Source: a virus (taxonomy: Duplodnaviria; Caudoviricetes). From it: 25,898 nt of DNA. The notes beneath the pieces are model-generated. The model saw nothing but the letters and a program-made list of their open reading frames with translations, was not told the DNA's origin and made no database searches. The stretch lies in the IMG/VR virus record IMGVR_UViG_3300033475_000132, positions 1 to 25,898 of that record; one strand, written 5' to 3'. The position numbers were made by a program, and so were the translations under genes. This document shows, piece after piece, positions 8,106 through 16,114 of this stretch. The stretch's first letter is position 1, and every line of letters starts with the position of its first letter.

Positions 8106-9122
8106 ATGTTTAAGCTATTTAAGGGCTATTTTAGCCTGTTCACCCTGATGGCCGTACCTTCCGGTACGTTCCAGTCGTTTCAGGCCGTGGGTAACCGCGA
8201 AGACCTGAGCGATATCATCAACGACATTTCCCCCACCGAAACCCCGTTCTACACCAAGGCGCGCAAAGGCACTGCCTCTGCCACCTTCCACGAATGGCAA
8301 ACAGACGCTCTTGATGCTGCTGCAACCAATGCCGCAATTCAGGGCAATGATGCGGTAATTAACACTGCCGTACCAACGGTAAGGTTGCGTAACTATACGC
8401 AGATCGTCACCAAGAGCGTATCGGTATCCGGTACGCAGGATGCCGTAAACAAGGCAGGACGTGCTTCAGAACTGGCCTACCAGATGAAGAAGCGCACCAA
8501 GGAACTCAAGCGCGATGTGGAATATGCTCTGGTGCGTAACCAAGCCTCCACCTCCGGTGCCGCAGGTTCCGGCGCTACTCTGGCTTCAGTCGAGTCGTGG
8601 ATCGCCACAAACAAGACCTCTGTCGGTACGGGTACAGCCCAAACCACGCCGGGTTATTCCGGTGGTACCGTCGCATCCCCTACCGATTCCACGGTAGCGG
8701 GTTCAGTGACGGAAGCCAACCTGAAGGCCATTATCCAGGCTTGCTGGGTAGCGGGCGGTGAACCCGGTGTACTCATGGTGGGCGCTGCGACCAAGAGCAA
8801 AATCTCCGGTTCCTTCAACGGCGTAGCGACACGTTACCGTGAAGTGCCGGGACGTAATCAGGCTTCCATCATTTCGGGGGTAGACCTCTACATCTCGGAC
8901 TTTGGTGAGCATGAGATCGTCCCGAACCGCTTCATGCGCGACCAGAATATCCTGGTGCTGGACATGGATTACTGGACAGTCTCGACGCTGCGAGGCTTCC
9001 AGGCGTTCGATCTGGCGAAGACGGGCGACAGCGAGAAGAAGCAGATTCTCACCGAGCTGACGCTGGTATCCAATAACGAGAAGGCATCCGGGAAAGTTTC
9101 GGACATTAACCCGGCGCTGTAA
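8106..9122 (+). CDS. Major capsid protein (DUF5309/SU10-like family)
   Basis: Motifs GNREDLSDII, ISPTETPF, HEWQTD, NYTQI, ELKRDVE, YISDFG, PNRF, LAKTGDSEK; AAAGGA SD; followed by a terminator. Confidence 0.93.
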   Translation: MFKLFKGYFSLFTLMAVPSGTFQSFQAVGNREDLSDIINDISPTETPFYTKARKGTASATFHEWQTDALDAAATNAAIQGNDAVINTAVPTVRLRNYTQIVTKSVSVSGTQDAVNKAGRASELAYQMKKRTKELKRDVEYALVRNQASTSGAAGSGATLASVESWIATNKTSVGTGTAQTTPGYSGGTVASPTDSTVAGSVTEANLKAIIQACWVAGGEPGVLMVGAATKSKISGSFNGVATRYREVPGRNQASIISGVDLYISDFGEHEIVPNRFMRDQNILVLDMDYWTVSTLRGFQAFDLAKTGDSEKKQILTELTLVSNNEKASGKVSDINPAL

Positions 9123-9128
9123 CCTAGG

Positions 9129-9155
9129 AGGGAGGGCGCAAGCTCTCCCTTTTTT
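9129..9155 (+). terminator. Intrinsic terminator after the major capsid gene
   Basis: 9-bp stem AGGGAGGGC-GCAA-GCTCTCCCT with a GNRA loop, followed by TTTTT. Confidence 0.88.
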
Positions 9156-9158
9156 CTT

Positions 9159-9491
9159 ATGCAAAAACGCTTTTTCGATTACGACCCGTTTACTGATACC
9201 ACGCAGTGGTTTTATTACGATGAGTTGACAGACACCAGTTATCTGGAATCGATTCAGGGCGAAGATACCTTGAATGCACAGGTGGAAGCCTCCAAGACCT
9301 TGCAAAACGATGATAGTTATACCCGCAAAGGCATGAAGAACGACATGCTGCATTATGCCCACATTCCAGACCATGTATTGATGAAATGGCATGCGGACGG
9401 AATTAATATTAGCGACAGAAAAGAACTGTTCAAGCAAGTGAACAAACCCGAATACAGCTATCTCAAAACTACCAGACTCGTGCATAGATGA
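9159..9491 (+). CDS. Hypothetical protein downstream of capsid (110 aa)
   Basis: FDYDP...AHIP...W pattern; ATGA overlap with the TPR-GT gene. Confidence 0.8.
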   Translation: MQKRFFDYDPFTDTTQWFYYDELTDTSYLESIQGEDTLNAQVEASKTLQNDDSYTRKGMKNDMLHYAHIPDHVLMKWHADGINISDRKELFKQVNKPEYSYLKTTRLVHR

Positions 9492-10846
9492 GCATACTGG
9501 ACGCTATCCATTGCGTAGAAAATGGTGAGCCGGACGAAGCCTTAAGAATCGCTTCCAGGATACTCAACGACTCCCCCAATGAGGTCGATGCCTTATGTGT
9601 ATCAGCCCAAGCTTTCATGCAGGCAGAACGCTATGGACTGGCATATAACCTGTATAAAAGAGCGGTAGAGTTGCAGCCCAGAATCCCCGGCATCTGGAAT
9701 AATCTCGGGTTGATTTGCCTGAAGATGCTGAATCCGGTCGAGGCCAGAAGTTATCTACACAGATCACTGAAGCTAGACACCAAGAGCTGGGCGGCAATGA
9801 ATAATCTAGCCCTCGCTGAAGTGAATGACGGAAAGCCGCAAGCTGCATTAGAGTTATGCAAGAAATCTTTGTCCATCGACCATAATCAGTGGGATGTGCA
9901 TGAAACGATGGGCTATGCCAACCTCATGCTGGGCAACTGGACAGAGGGTTGGGATGGTTATGAATACATGGTGGGCAACGAGAAGCACCGCACCTTTGAG
10001 CCTAGGCGCGAGGATGCAGATTACTGGCGCGGTGAGAGAGGTATCCCCCTGCATGTACGAGGCGAACAGGGCATCGGTGACGAAATCAGCTTCGCCAGCA
10101 TGATCAACGACGCATCTGAACACAACGAAGTGATTTTAGAGTGCGACAAACGCCTAGAAGGGCTGTTTAAGCGCAGTTTTCCCAAGATTAATGTCTATGG
10201 GTCAAGATTCGAGAAAAACCCGTCTTGGGTGGCACAGCATGCGTTTGACGACTGGTGCCTCTCCGGTTCTCTAGGCTGGCATTACCGCACGAAAACCGAA
10301 GACTTTGACGGCGAGCCTTATCTCAAGGCCGACCCTGAACGTAAATTGCAGTGGAAAGTCCTGCTGGACAGCCTAGGCACCAAGCCGAAAGTCGGCATCG
10401 CCTGGACAGGCGGCTTAAAGGATACCCATAGCCAAAGACGCAGCGTGGCGTTGGAACAACTGTTACCCATCCTTAAGCAAGATTGTACGTTTGTCAGTTT
10501 GCAGTACAAGCCGCCGACTGAATTAGCCGCATTCGAGCAGAAGCACGGGATAAAAATCCATCATTGGGCAAGAGCGACGGAAACCAGCGACTATGACGAC
10601 ACCGCGGCATTGGTAGATGAACTGGACTTGGTCATTAGCGTTACTACCGCCGTAGTAGACCTGTGCGGGGCATTGGGTAAGCCTTGCTGGGTACTCGTTC
10701 CGAACAAGCCGCACTGGCGTTATGGCATGAGCGGGGACAAGAAAGTCTGGTACAACAGCGTTAAATTGTTCCGTCAGGGTAAGGACTGGACAGGCATCAT
10801 TAAAACCGTGGGAGATGAGCTTGCTCAATATATCAAGGCGGCATAA
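9488..10846 (+). CDS. TPR-repeat protein with C-terminal GT-B (GT9/heptosyltransferase-like) glycosyltransferase domain
   Basis: N-terminal TPRs (AYNLYKRAVELQP, WNNLG, AMNNLA). C-terminal motifs EQGIGDEI, VGIAWTGG, FVSLQY, LDLVISVTTAVVDLCGALGKPCWVL, WRY, WYNSVKLFRQ. Confidence 0.85.
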   Translation: MSILDAIHCVENGEPDEALRIASRILNDSPNEVDALCVSAQAFMQAERYGLAYNLYKRAVELQPRIPGIWNNLGLICLKMLNPVEARSYLHRSLKLDTKSWAAMNNLALAEVNDGKPQAALELCKKSLSIDHNQWDVHETMGYANLMLGNWTEGWDGYEYMVGNEKHRTFEPRREDADYWRGERGIPLHVRGEQGIGDEISFASMINDASEHNEVILECDKRLEGLFKRSFPKINVYGSRFEKNPSWVAQHAFDDWCLSGSLGWHYRTKTEDFDGEPYLKADPERKLQWKVLLDSLGTKPKVGIAWTGGLKDTHSQRRSVALEQLLPILKQDCTFVSLQYKPPTELAAFEQKHGIKIHHWARATETSDYDDTAALVDELDLVISVTTAVVDLCGALGKPCWVLVPNKPHWRYGMSGDKKVWYNSVKLFRQGKDWTGIIKTVGDELAQYIKAA

Positions 10847-10876
10847 CAGTAAGATTGGCGCAATTTGGAAACATGT

Positions 10877-11515
10877 ATGCTAAATATTTTTATTGGGGTA
10901 GACGTTCGTCAACCGATCGCCTTTACTGTTTTACAGTCGTCTATCATCGCCAGGGCGAGTGTTCCGGTGGCGATTACGCCGTTATTGATCGAACAGTTAC
11001 CGATTACCCGTAGAGGGCTGACCGATTTCACTTATACCAGGTATTTGCCTCCATACCTGATGGATTTCAAAGGCACAGCCTTATTCCTGGATGCGGATAT
11101 GGTGGTATTGGGCGATATAGCAGAACTGTTTTCACTGGCCGACCCCAGATATGCCGTGCAAGTCGTGAAAGCCAAAGATAGATTTGAATGGCCGTCTTTG
11201 ATGCTGTTCAACTGCGAGAAATGTAAATTATTGACCCCGGATTATATCGAACACGATCTGCCGCAAAACCTGCAATTCGGGGAAGTCGGGGAATTACCCA
11301 AGGAGTGGAACCATTGTGTAGGCTATGACGAACCTAACCCCAATGCGAAACTGATTCATTACACGATGGGCATCCCTGCCTTTCCAGAGGTTGGACATTT
11401 GGAGCATGTGGATACCTGGAAGAACGAACTCAAGGCCGCGAATTCGACGGTATCGTGGGAAGCCTTGATGGGCAAATCTGTCCACGCGGAACGGCTGCAT
11501 GCTACGCGCTGGTAA
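10877..11515 (+). CDS. GT-A fold glycosyltransferase (GT8-like)
   Basis: Motifs IFIGVD, TDFTYTRY, DxD (FLDADM), WPSLMLFNC, WNH, LIHYT. ATG 10877 is preferred over TTG 10865. Confidence 0.85.
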   Translation: MLNIFIGVDVRQPIAFTVLQSSIIARASVPVAITPLLIEQLPITRRGLTDFTYTRYLPPYLMDFKGTALFLDADMVVLGDIAELFSLADPRYAVQVVKAKDRFEWPSLMLFNCEKCKLLTPDYIEHDLPQNLQFGEVGELPKEWNHCVGYDEPNPNAKLIHYTMGIPAFPEVGHLEHVDTWKNELKAANSTVSWEALMGKSVHAERLHATRW

Positions 11516-12101
11516 TACCTGGGTGCCGGATGGCGACCCGTATTTCGCCAATTACTTCAAGGGCGCAGATGTCTTTGAACTGGATAATCTAGAACTAGCT
11601 CTTAGTTTCGTCAAGAACTTCAAGGTAGCCGTCGATGGTGGAGCGCATGTCGGTTCATGGACTAGGCATCTGTCTTACAAGTTCGATCTTGTGGCCGCAT
11701 TTGAGCCGAACCACCATAACTTTGAATGTCTGGTGTTAAATACCTTGGAATGTAATAACGTCGTTCTTTCAAGAGTCGGATTATCCGACATGGATGAAGA
11801 AGTGGCATTAGCACATGGCAATAATTCAGGTTGCTGGCATGCGGTAAAAGGGAAGGGGGTGAAACTCTCACCATTGCCGGATTATGGAGCCTTAGACTTT
11901 GTTAAATTAGACTTGGAAGGCTATGAAGAAAAAGCCCTGATCGGCATGCTTTCACAGCTACAGAAATATCGACCTGTCGTGTTGATTGAGGAAAAGGACT
12001 TGCCCCATCAACCCTTGAACTACTCAGCAAGATTGTTACTGCAAAACCTAGGTTATAAAGAACTAGCCACCAGTGGCAGGGATGTGATCTTTGGGCATTA
12101 A
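11499..12101 (+). CDS. FkbM-family SAM-dependent methyltransferase
   Basis: Motifs VDGGAHVG, AFEP, DFVKLDLEGYE, RPVVLIE. Confidence 0.9.
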   Translation: MLRAGNTWVPDGDPYFANYFKGADVFELDNLELALSFVKNFKVAVDGGAHVGSWTRHLSYKFDLVAAFEPNHHNFECLVLNTLECNNVVLSRVGLSDMDEEVALAHGNNSGCWHAVKGKGVKLSPLPDYGALDFVKLDLEGYEEKALIGMLSQLQKYRPVVLIEEKDLPHQPLNYSARLLLQNLGYKELATSGRDVIFGH

Positions 12102-12744
12102 ATCCTCGGCATTAGGCATTATTGCCAGGTTGAAGTGTAAGGATATTCTGTCGCTGTCCTATCCTGATCTGGTCATGACCAAGGAAGCCTGCGAAGAAGT
12201 CACCGGGATTAAACCGACCAAGTTCAACGATTCGCATAAATGGCACGGATTAACCGAACCATTGCCGGAAACATTGGATGTATTCGAGCAGCTTGGAAGT
12301 CAATTAACCTGTATCGATATCGTGGCGAGTCGTGGTGTTGAGACAGTCACAGACCTCAACTTCCCGCACGAACTTGGGCAATACGATTTAGTTCTTGACT
12401 GTGGCACGACCGAACACTGCTTCAATATCGGTCAAGCGCTGTTAAATGCAGCAAATGCGGTTAAGTTAGGCGGATATATCATGCACACACCACCGTTAAG
12501 CATGGTTAATCATGGCTTTTACTGCCTGCAACCAACACTTTTCTATGACTTTTACACCCAAAACGGCTGGGAAATCCTAGCCATGAGCGGAGAGGTAAAT
12601 AACAAATGGTTCGACGTGGACGCCCTCCAAAGAATCCTGGTACCGCAGGAAGCCAGCCTGTTCATCCTGGCACAGAAGAACAGCGAACAAGAGTTGAAGT
12701 TCCCCATGCAGTCCAAGTACCTCAACAATCCCGCGTTAAAGTAA
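12091..12744 (+). CDS. Class I SAM-dependent methyltransferase-like protein
   Basis: Motifs CIDI, DLN, YDLVLDCGTTEHCFN, VKLGGYI, NHGFY. Motif I is degenerate (LSLSYP). TTG start overlaps the upstream gene. Confidence 0.7.
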   Translation: MGIKSSALGIIARLKCKDILSLSYPDLVMTKEACEEVTGIKPTKFNDSHKWHGLTEPLPETLDVFEQLGSQLTCIDIVASRGVETVTDLNFPHELGQYDLVLDCGTTEHCFNIGQALLNAANAVKLGGYIMHTPPLSMVNHGFYCLQPTLFYDFYTQNGWEILAMSGEVNNKWFDVDALQRILVPQEASLFILAQKNSEQELKFPMQSKYLNNPALK

Positions 12745-13391
12745 GCTTTTTGCATGTGGGGGAAGACTCAAGCCTCCCCGCCAAGATGGTCGAGAGCGTT
12801 AGAAACGTCATGCCGCATGCGATCATCGTGCAAATGACCGATTTGAATACACCTAAAGTTACCGGAGTAGATGAAGTCATCCGAAAACCCTTTGACGGCA
12901 AATTGATGACCTTCCGCATGCAGCACCTGGCTTCGCTGGATGGGGAGTGGATTACCTTGGATACCGATATCCTGCTGCTGAAGGACATTTCCTTCATTCT
13001 CGGTAAAGAATTCGACGTGGCCTTGACCAAGCGCACAGGGAAGATACTCGACCAGGACGGTACGGATATTGTGGCGCACATGCCCTATAACACTGGGGTC
13101 ATGTTCTCCAAAAGTAGACGTTTTTGGGAAAGCGCTTACAAATTACTCTTGGGCATGCCGGAATCCGCGCATAAATGGTGGGGCGATCAACTCAGTGTCA
13201 GACTCGCCGCAGATTCAAAGCGGTTTACCGTGCTCGAATTAGATTGTAATGACTATAACTACACCCCCAAGGATGCAGACGAGCGCAAGGACTGTTATGT
13301 CCTGCATTTCAAAGGCCAAAGAAAAGACTGGATGCTAAATGGCAATTACCAATTATTCGCAGCTTCAGACCGCCGTCGCCAACTGGCTTAG
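12606..13391 (+). CDS. GT-A fold glycosyltransferase/nucleotide-diphospho-sugar transferase (start uncertain)
   Basis: DxD motif LDTDI, plus YNTGVMF, WWGDQ, YNY, LHFKG. Overlaps the upstream gene by 139 nt and the downstream gene by 53 nt. GGAGAGGT SD before ATG 12606. Confidence 0.8.
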   Translation: MVRRGRPPKNPGTAGSQPVHPGTEEQRTRVEVPHAVQVPQQSRVKVSFLHVGEDSSLPAKMVESVRNVMPHAIIVQMTDLNTPKVTGVDEVIRKPFDGKLMTFRMQHLASLDGEWITLDTDILLLKDISFILGKEFDVALTKRTGKILDQDGTDIVAHMPYNTGVMFSKSRRFWESAYKLLLGMPESAHKWWGDQLSVRLAADSKRFTVLELDCNDYNYTPKDADERKDCYVLHFKGQRKDWMLNGNYQLFAASDRRRQLA

Positions 13392-13950
13392 TCGTAGCGA
13401 TCTGACCAGCCTGATCCCGGACTTTATCACGCTGGCAGAAACCAAGTTTAACCGGGCATTGCGTTGCCGCGAGATGGAAGCCATTTCCTCTTTGTCTCCG
13501 GTCAATGGCGTTGTGGCGTTACCCAGTGACTTTTTACAGTTTAGACGTATTTACCTGAATATCGCTACGCCTATACAACTAGAATATCTGCCGCCAGAAC
13601 AGTTTTATCTGAAATACCCGATCTTGACCAGTGGCAACTATAATCCGTCGCGTTACTTCACGATCCAAGGCGGGAACTTGTATCTGTCAGATACCACGAC
13701 TACCAATAGCCTGAGTGTTTTGTATTACCAACGCATTCCAGATTTGGCGACGAACACCACTAATTGGCTGCTGACTTACAATCAGGATGTGTATCTCTAT
13801 GCGACCTTGGCGGAAGCATCCAACAAGACCAAGAACATTAACGATTACCAGAAATACAACGCCTTGACTCAAGGGGTCATCGACCAGTTAATGGATTCTG
13901 ATAAGCATGGCAAGTTCTCCGGTTCAGCAATGCGGGTGATTGCTGCATGA
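13339..13950 (+). CDS. Head-to-tail adaptor protein
   Basis: Motifs MAITNYxxLxxAVANWLxRxDL, IPDFIxLAE, LPSDFL, TNWLL, YLYATL; located before the nozzle gene. Confidence 0.85.
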   Translation: MAITNYSQLQTAVANWLSRSDLTSLIPDFITLAETKFNRALRCREMEAISSLSPVNGVVALPSDFLQFRRIYLNIATPIQLEYLPPEQFYLKYPILTSGNYNPSRYFTIQGGNLYLSDTTTTNSLSVLYYQRIPDLATNTTNWLLTYNQDVYLYATLAEASNKTKNINDYQKYNALTQGVIDQLMDSDKHGKFSGSAMRVIAA

Positions 13951-15419
13951 AATTCTCCCTGACCGGATATGCGCCGGATATAGACCCAACGGCTCCCGGA
14001 GTCTTGACTGCCTGTTCGGCCTTTATACCGACAGAGCGAGGCATGCAAGCCGCTCCAGGCCCTTCTGACCCAGGTTATGATGCGCTAGCTGCCGCTTGTT
14101 TTGGCTCTGCCGCTGTACGCAAGAATGACAACTCATCCAGATTGATTGCTGGTAGTGCGACCAAACTCTACGAACTCACAGCCACGACTTGGACGGACAG
14201 AACCAGATTATCTGGAAATTATACGTTAGGGGCAGACAATTTCTGGAGATTCGCACAGTTCGGTGACACAACTCTCGCTGTAGCGAAGTCCGATGCCTTG
14301 CAATTCTCCAGTTCTACTACGTTTGCCGATGTGGTAAAAGGTGGGAATACGGCCCCCAAGGCCTCTATCGTGGAGACGGTAGGTAATTTTGTATTCCTGT
14401 GCGATACCAACGAGGCTACTTATGGCGATTCACAGAATAGATGGTGGTGTGCGGCGATAGGAACTTATGATGATTGGGTTCCTGCTATCTCGACCCAATG
14501 TGCGACCAATATACTAACTTCTGCGCCGGGGCGTATCTTTGCCGCTCGACGTTTCGGCAACCAGATTGTGTTCTACAAAGAACGCGCCATGTATATCGGC
14601 ACGTATGTCGGCGTTCCTATTGTGTGGGATGTGCAACAGATTCCGGGTGAGGCCGGATGTAATTCTCAAGAGGCCGTCGTCAATATCGGCTCCGCAGATA
14701 ACCCCGTACATATTTTCATGGGGGCGGATGACTTCTGGCGGTTTGATGGTTCACGACCTGTTCCGATAGGTTCTCCGTTAAGGAAGACCGTATACGCCGA
14801 ACTCAACACCGCTTATGCCAACCGGATTAAAACCCTGCATGACCGCGTTAATTCAAGGGTGTATTTCTTCTACCCCTCTAATGCCGGGAACGGGGCGATT
14901 GATAAGTGTGTCGTCTACCATTACCGCGAAAACCGCTGGGGGCGGGATGACAGGACGATTGAAGCGGCGCTGGAGTACATTGCAGGAGGGATAACGTGGG
15001 ATACGATACCTTACGCCTCGTGGGACACTATTCCTTCAAGTCTGTCATGGGATTCACCGTTCTGGACTTCAGGCACCTTTACGCCGGGGATATTCGACAC
15101 GACCCATGATCTTAAGTCTCTATCCGCGATTGCCGGGAATAGCTCGTTTACTACTGGAGACGTGGGTGATGATGACCTGTTCTTTATCCTCCAGCGGGTT
15201 AAACCAAAGTGGCTCACCGCTCCCACTTCTGCAACGATGACCAACTTCTATAAAGCCTCACAAGGCGACGCATTGACGCAGGATGCGACAACGACAATGG
15301 GGCTATCCAGGTTCGATGTTTTAAGGTCGTCCAGATGGCATCGGTTGCAGTTTGACTTAGTCGGGAATGCGGTAACCAATGAGATGAATATAGATTACGA
15401 GGAAGACGGCGAGGAATGA
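13947..15419 (+). CDS. Tail nozzle / packaged-DNA stabilisation protein (P22 gp10-like position, beta-propeller-like)
   Basis: 490 aa, beta-rich with propeller-like repeats (WRFAQFGD, FWRFDG, VYFFYP, YHYRENRW); ATGA-coupled to the adaptor gene. Confidence 0.8.
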   Translation: MKFSLTGYAPDIDPTAPGVLTACSAFIPTERGMQAAPGPSDPGYDALAAACFGSAAVRKNDNSSRLIAGSATKLYELTATTWTDRTRLSGNYTLGADNFWRFAQFGDTTLAVAKSDALQFSSSTTFADVVKGGNTAPKASIVETVGNFVFLCDTNEATYGDSQNRWWCAAIGTYDDWVPAISTQCATNILTSAPGRIFAARRFGNQIVFYKERAMYIGTYVGVPIVWDVQQIPGEAGCNSQEAVVNIGSADNPVHIFMGADDFWRFDGSRPVPIGSPLRKTVYAELNTAYANRIKTLHDRVNSRVYFFYPSNAGNGAIDKCVVYHYRENRWGRDDRTIEAALEYIAGGITWDTIPYASWDTIPSSLSWDSPFWTSGTFTPGIFDTTHDLKSLSAIAGNSSFTTGDVGDDDLFFILQRVKPKWLTAPTSATMTNFYKASQGDALTQDATTTMGLSRFDVLRSSRWHRLQFDLVGNAVTNEMNIDYEEDGEE

Positions 15420-15709
15420 GACTCAACCAGTTCAATCAAGTCCCACGCGAATACAACGCGCAAACATTTACCAGAATCATTCAGAACATAGAGAACCAAC
15501 TAAATAATCTCTCTGAAGGCATCATGACAGCGAAAACGAATGCCTTAACCGCTGCTCCGACTACGGGGACGTATGCCGTTGGGGACTTTGTAGCGAACTC
15601 CGCTCCATCCGAATTAGGCGGAGTGGGGAGCAAGTATCTAATCTTGGGCTGGTGCTGCACTGTCGCCCCTGGGACTTTCCTAGCTTGCAGAGTGTTGACC
15701 GGCAATTGA
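15416..15709 (+). CDS. Small tail needle/plug-like protein
   Basis: N-terminal heptad helix and a C-terminal APTTGTYAVGD...GWxC...PGTF module; lies between the nozzle and GNAT-like genes. Confidence 0.55.
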   Translation: MRLNQFNQVPREYNAQTFTRIIQNIENQLNNLSEGIMTAKTNALTAAPTTGTYAVGDFVANSAPSELGGVGSKYLILGWCCTVAPGTFLACRVLTGN

Positions 15710-16101
15710 TCTGCGTCGGACTGGATTTGGCCTTGTGGCCGGAAGTTAAATACAGCGTCTTAGAGGCGTTAAAACTCGACGGCGGTAGATTATCCTTAGA
15801 CGACATAAAAGATGCGCTAGAGGCTCAGCAAATGCAGCTGTGGGGGCTTCATGACGGCATTTTGAGAGCCGTAGTAATCACCGAAGTCATTAATTACCCG
15901 CAAATGCGCTGTATCCGGTTCGTGACAGCTTCTGGACGTGATCTTGAAATGTGGCTGGATGTATTGATAGACACGGTGAGTCAATGGGGTGCAGAACAAG
16001 GGGCGCACGCGATGGAATTCGTTGGGCGCAAGGGCTGGGAAAAAGTATTAAGCAAGCGTGGTTTCGGTTCCACCCAAATCATGATGACCAAGTTTATCTA
16101 A
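15706..16101 (+). CDS. GNAT-fold-like virion assembly protein (position of P22 gp14 / T7 gp13)
   Basis: Motifs QLW, VITEVINYP, GRKGWEKVL. Start reassigned to TTG 15706 (TTGA overlap); 15652 is the alternative. Confidence 0.65.
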   Translation: MICVGLDLALWPEVKYSVLEALKLDGGRLSLDDIKDALEAQQMQLWGLHDGILRAVVITEVINYPQMRCIRFVTASGRDLEMWLDVLIDTVSQWGAEQGAHAMEFVGRKGWEKVLSKRGFGSTQIMMTKFI

Positions 16102-16114
16102 AAAGGAAATAATT

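Noticed and set aside
8703-9485. 260-aa - strand ORF opposite the capsid and downstream gene
   Set aside because: Antisense shadow of well-supported + strand genes; no recognisable motifs, and it crosses the terminator.
9488-13391. Interpretation of the GT cassette as O-antigen conversion or DNA hypermodification locus
   Set aside because: Not preferred: no membrane Gtr-type proteins or separate lysogenic promoter, no base hydroxymethylase or TET/JBP gene in the window, and the cassette is in the late structural operon. Not formally excluded, since the rest of the genome is unseen.
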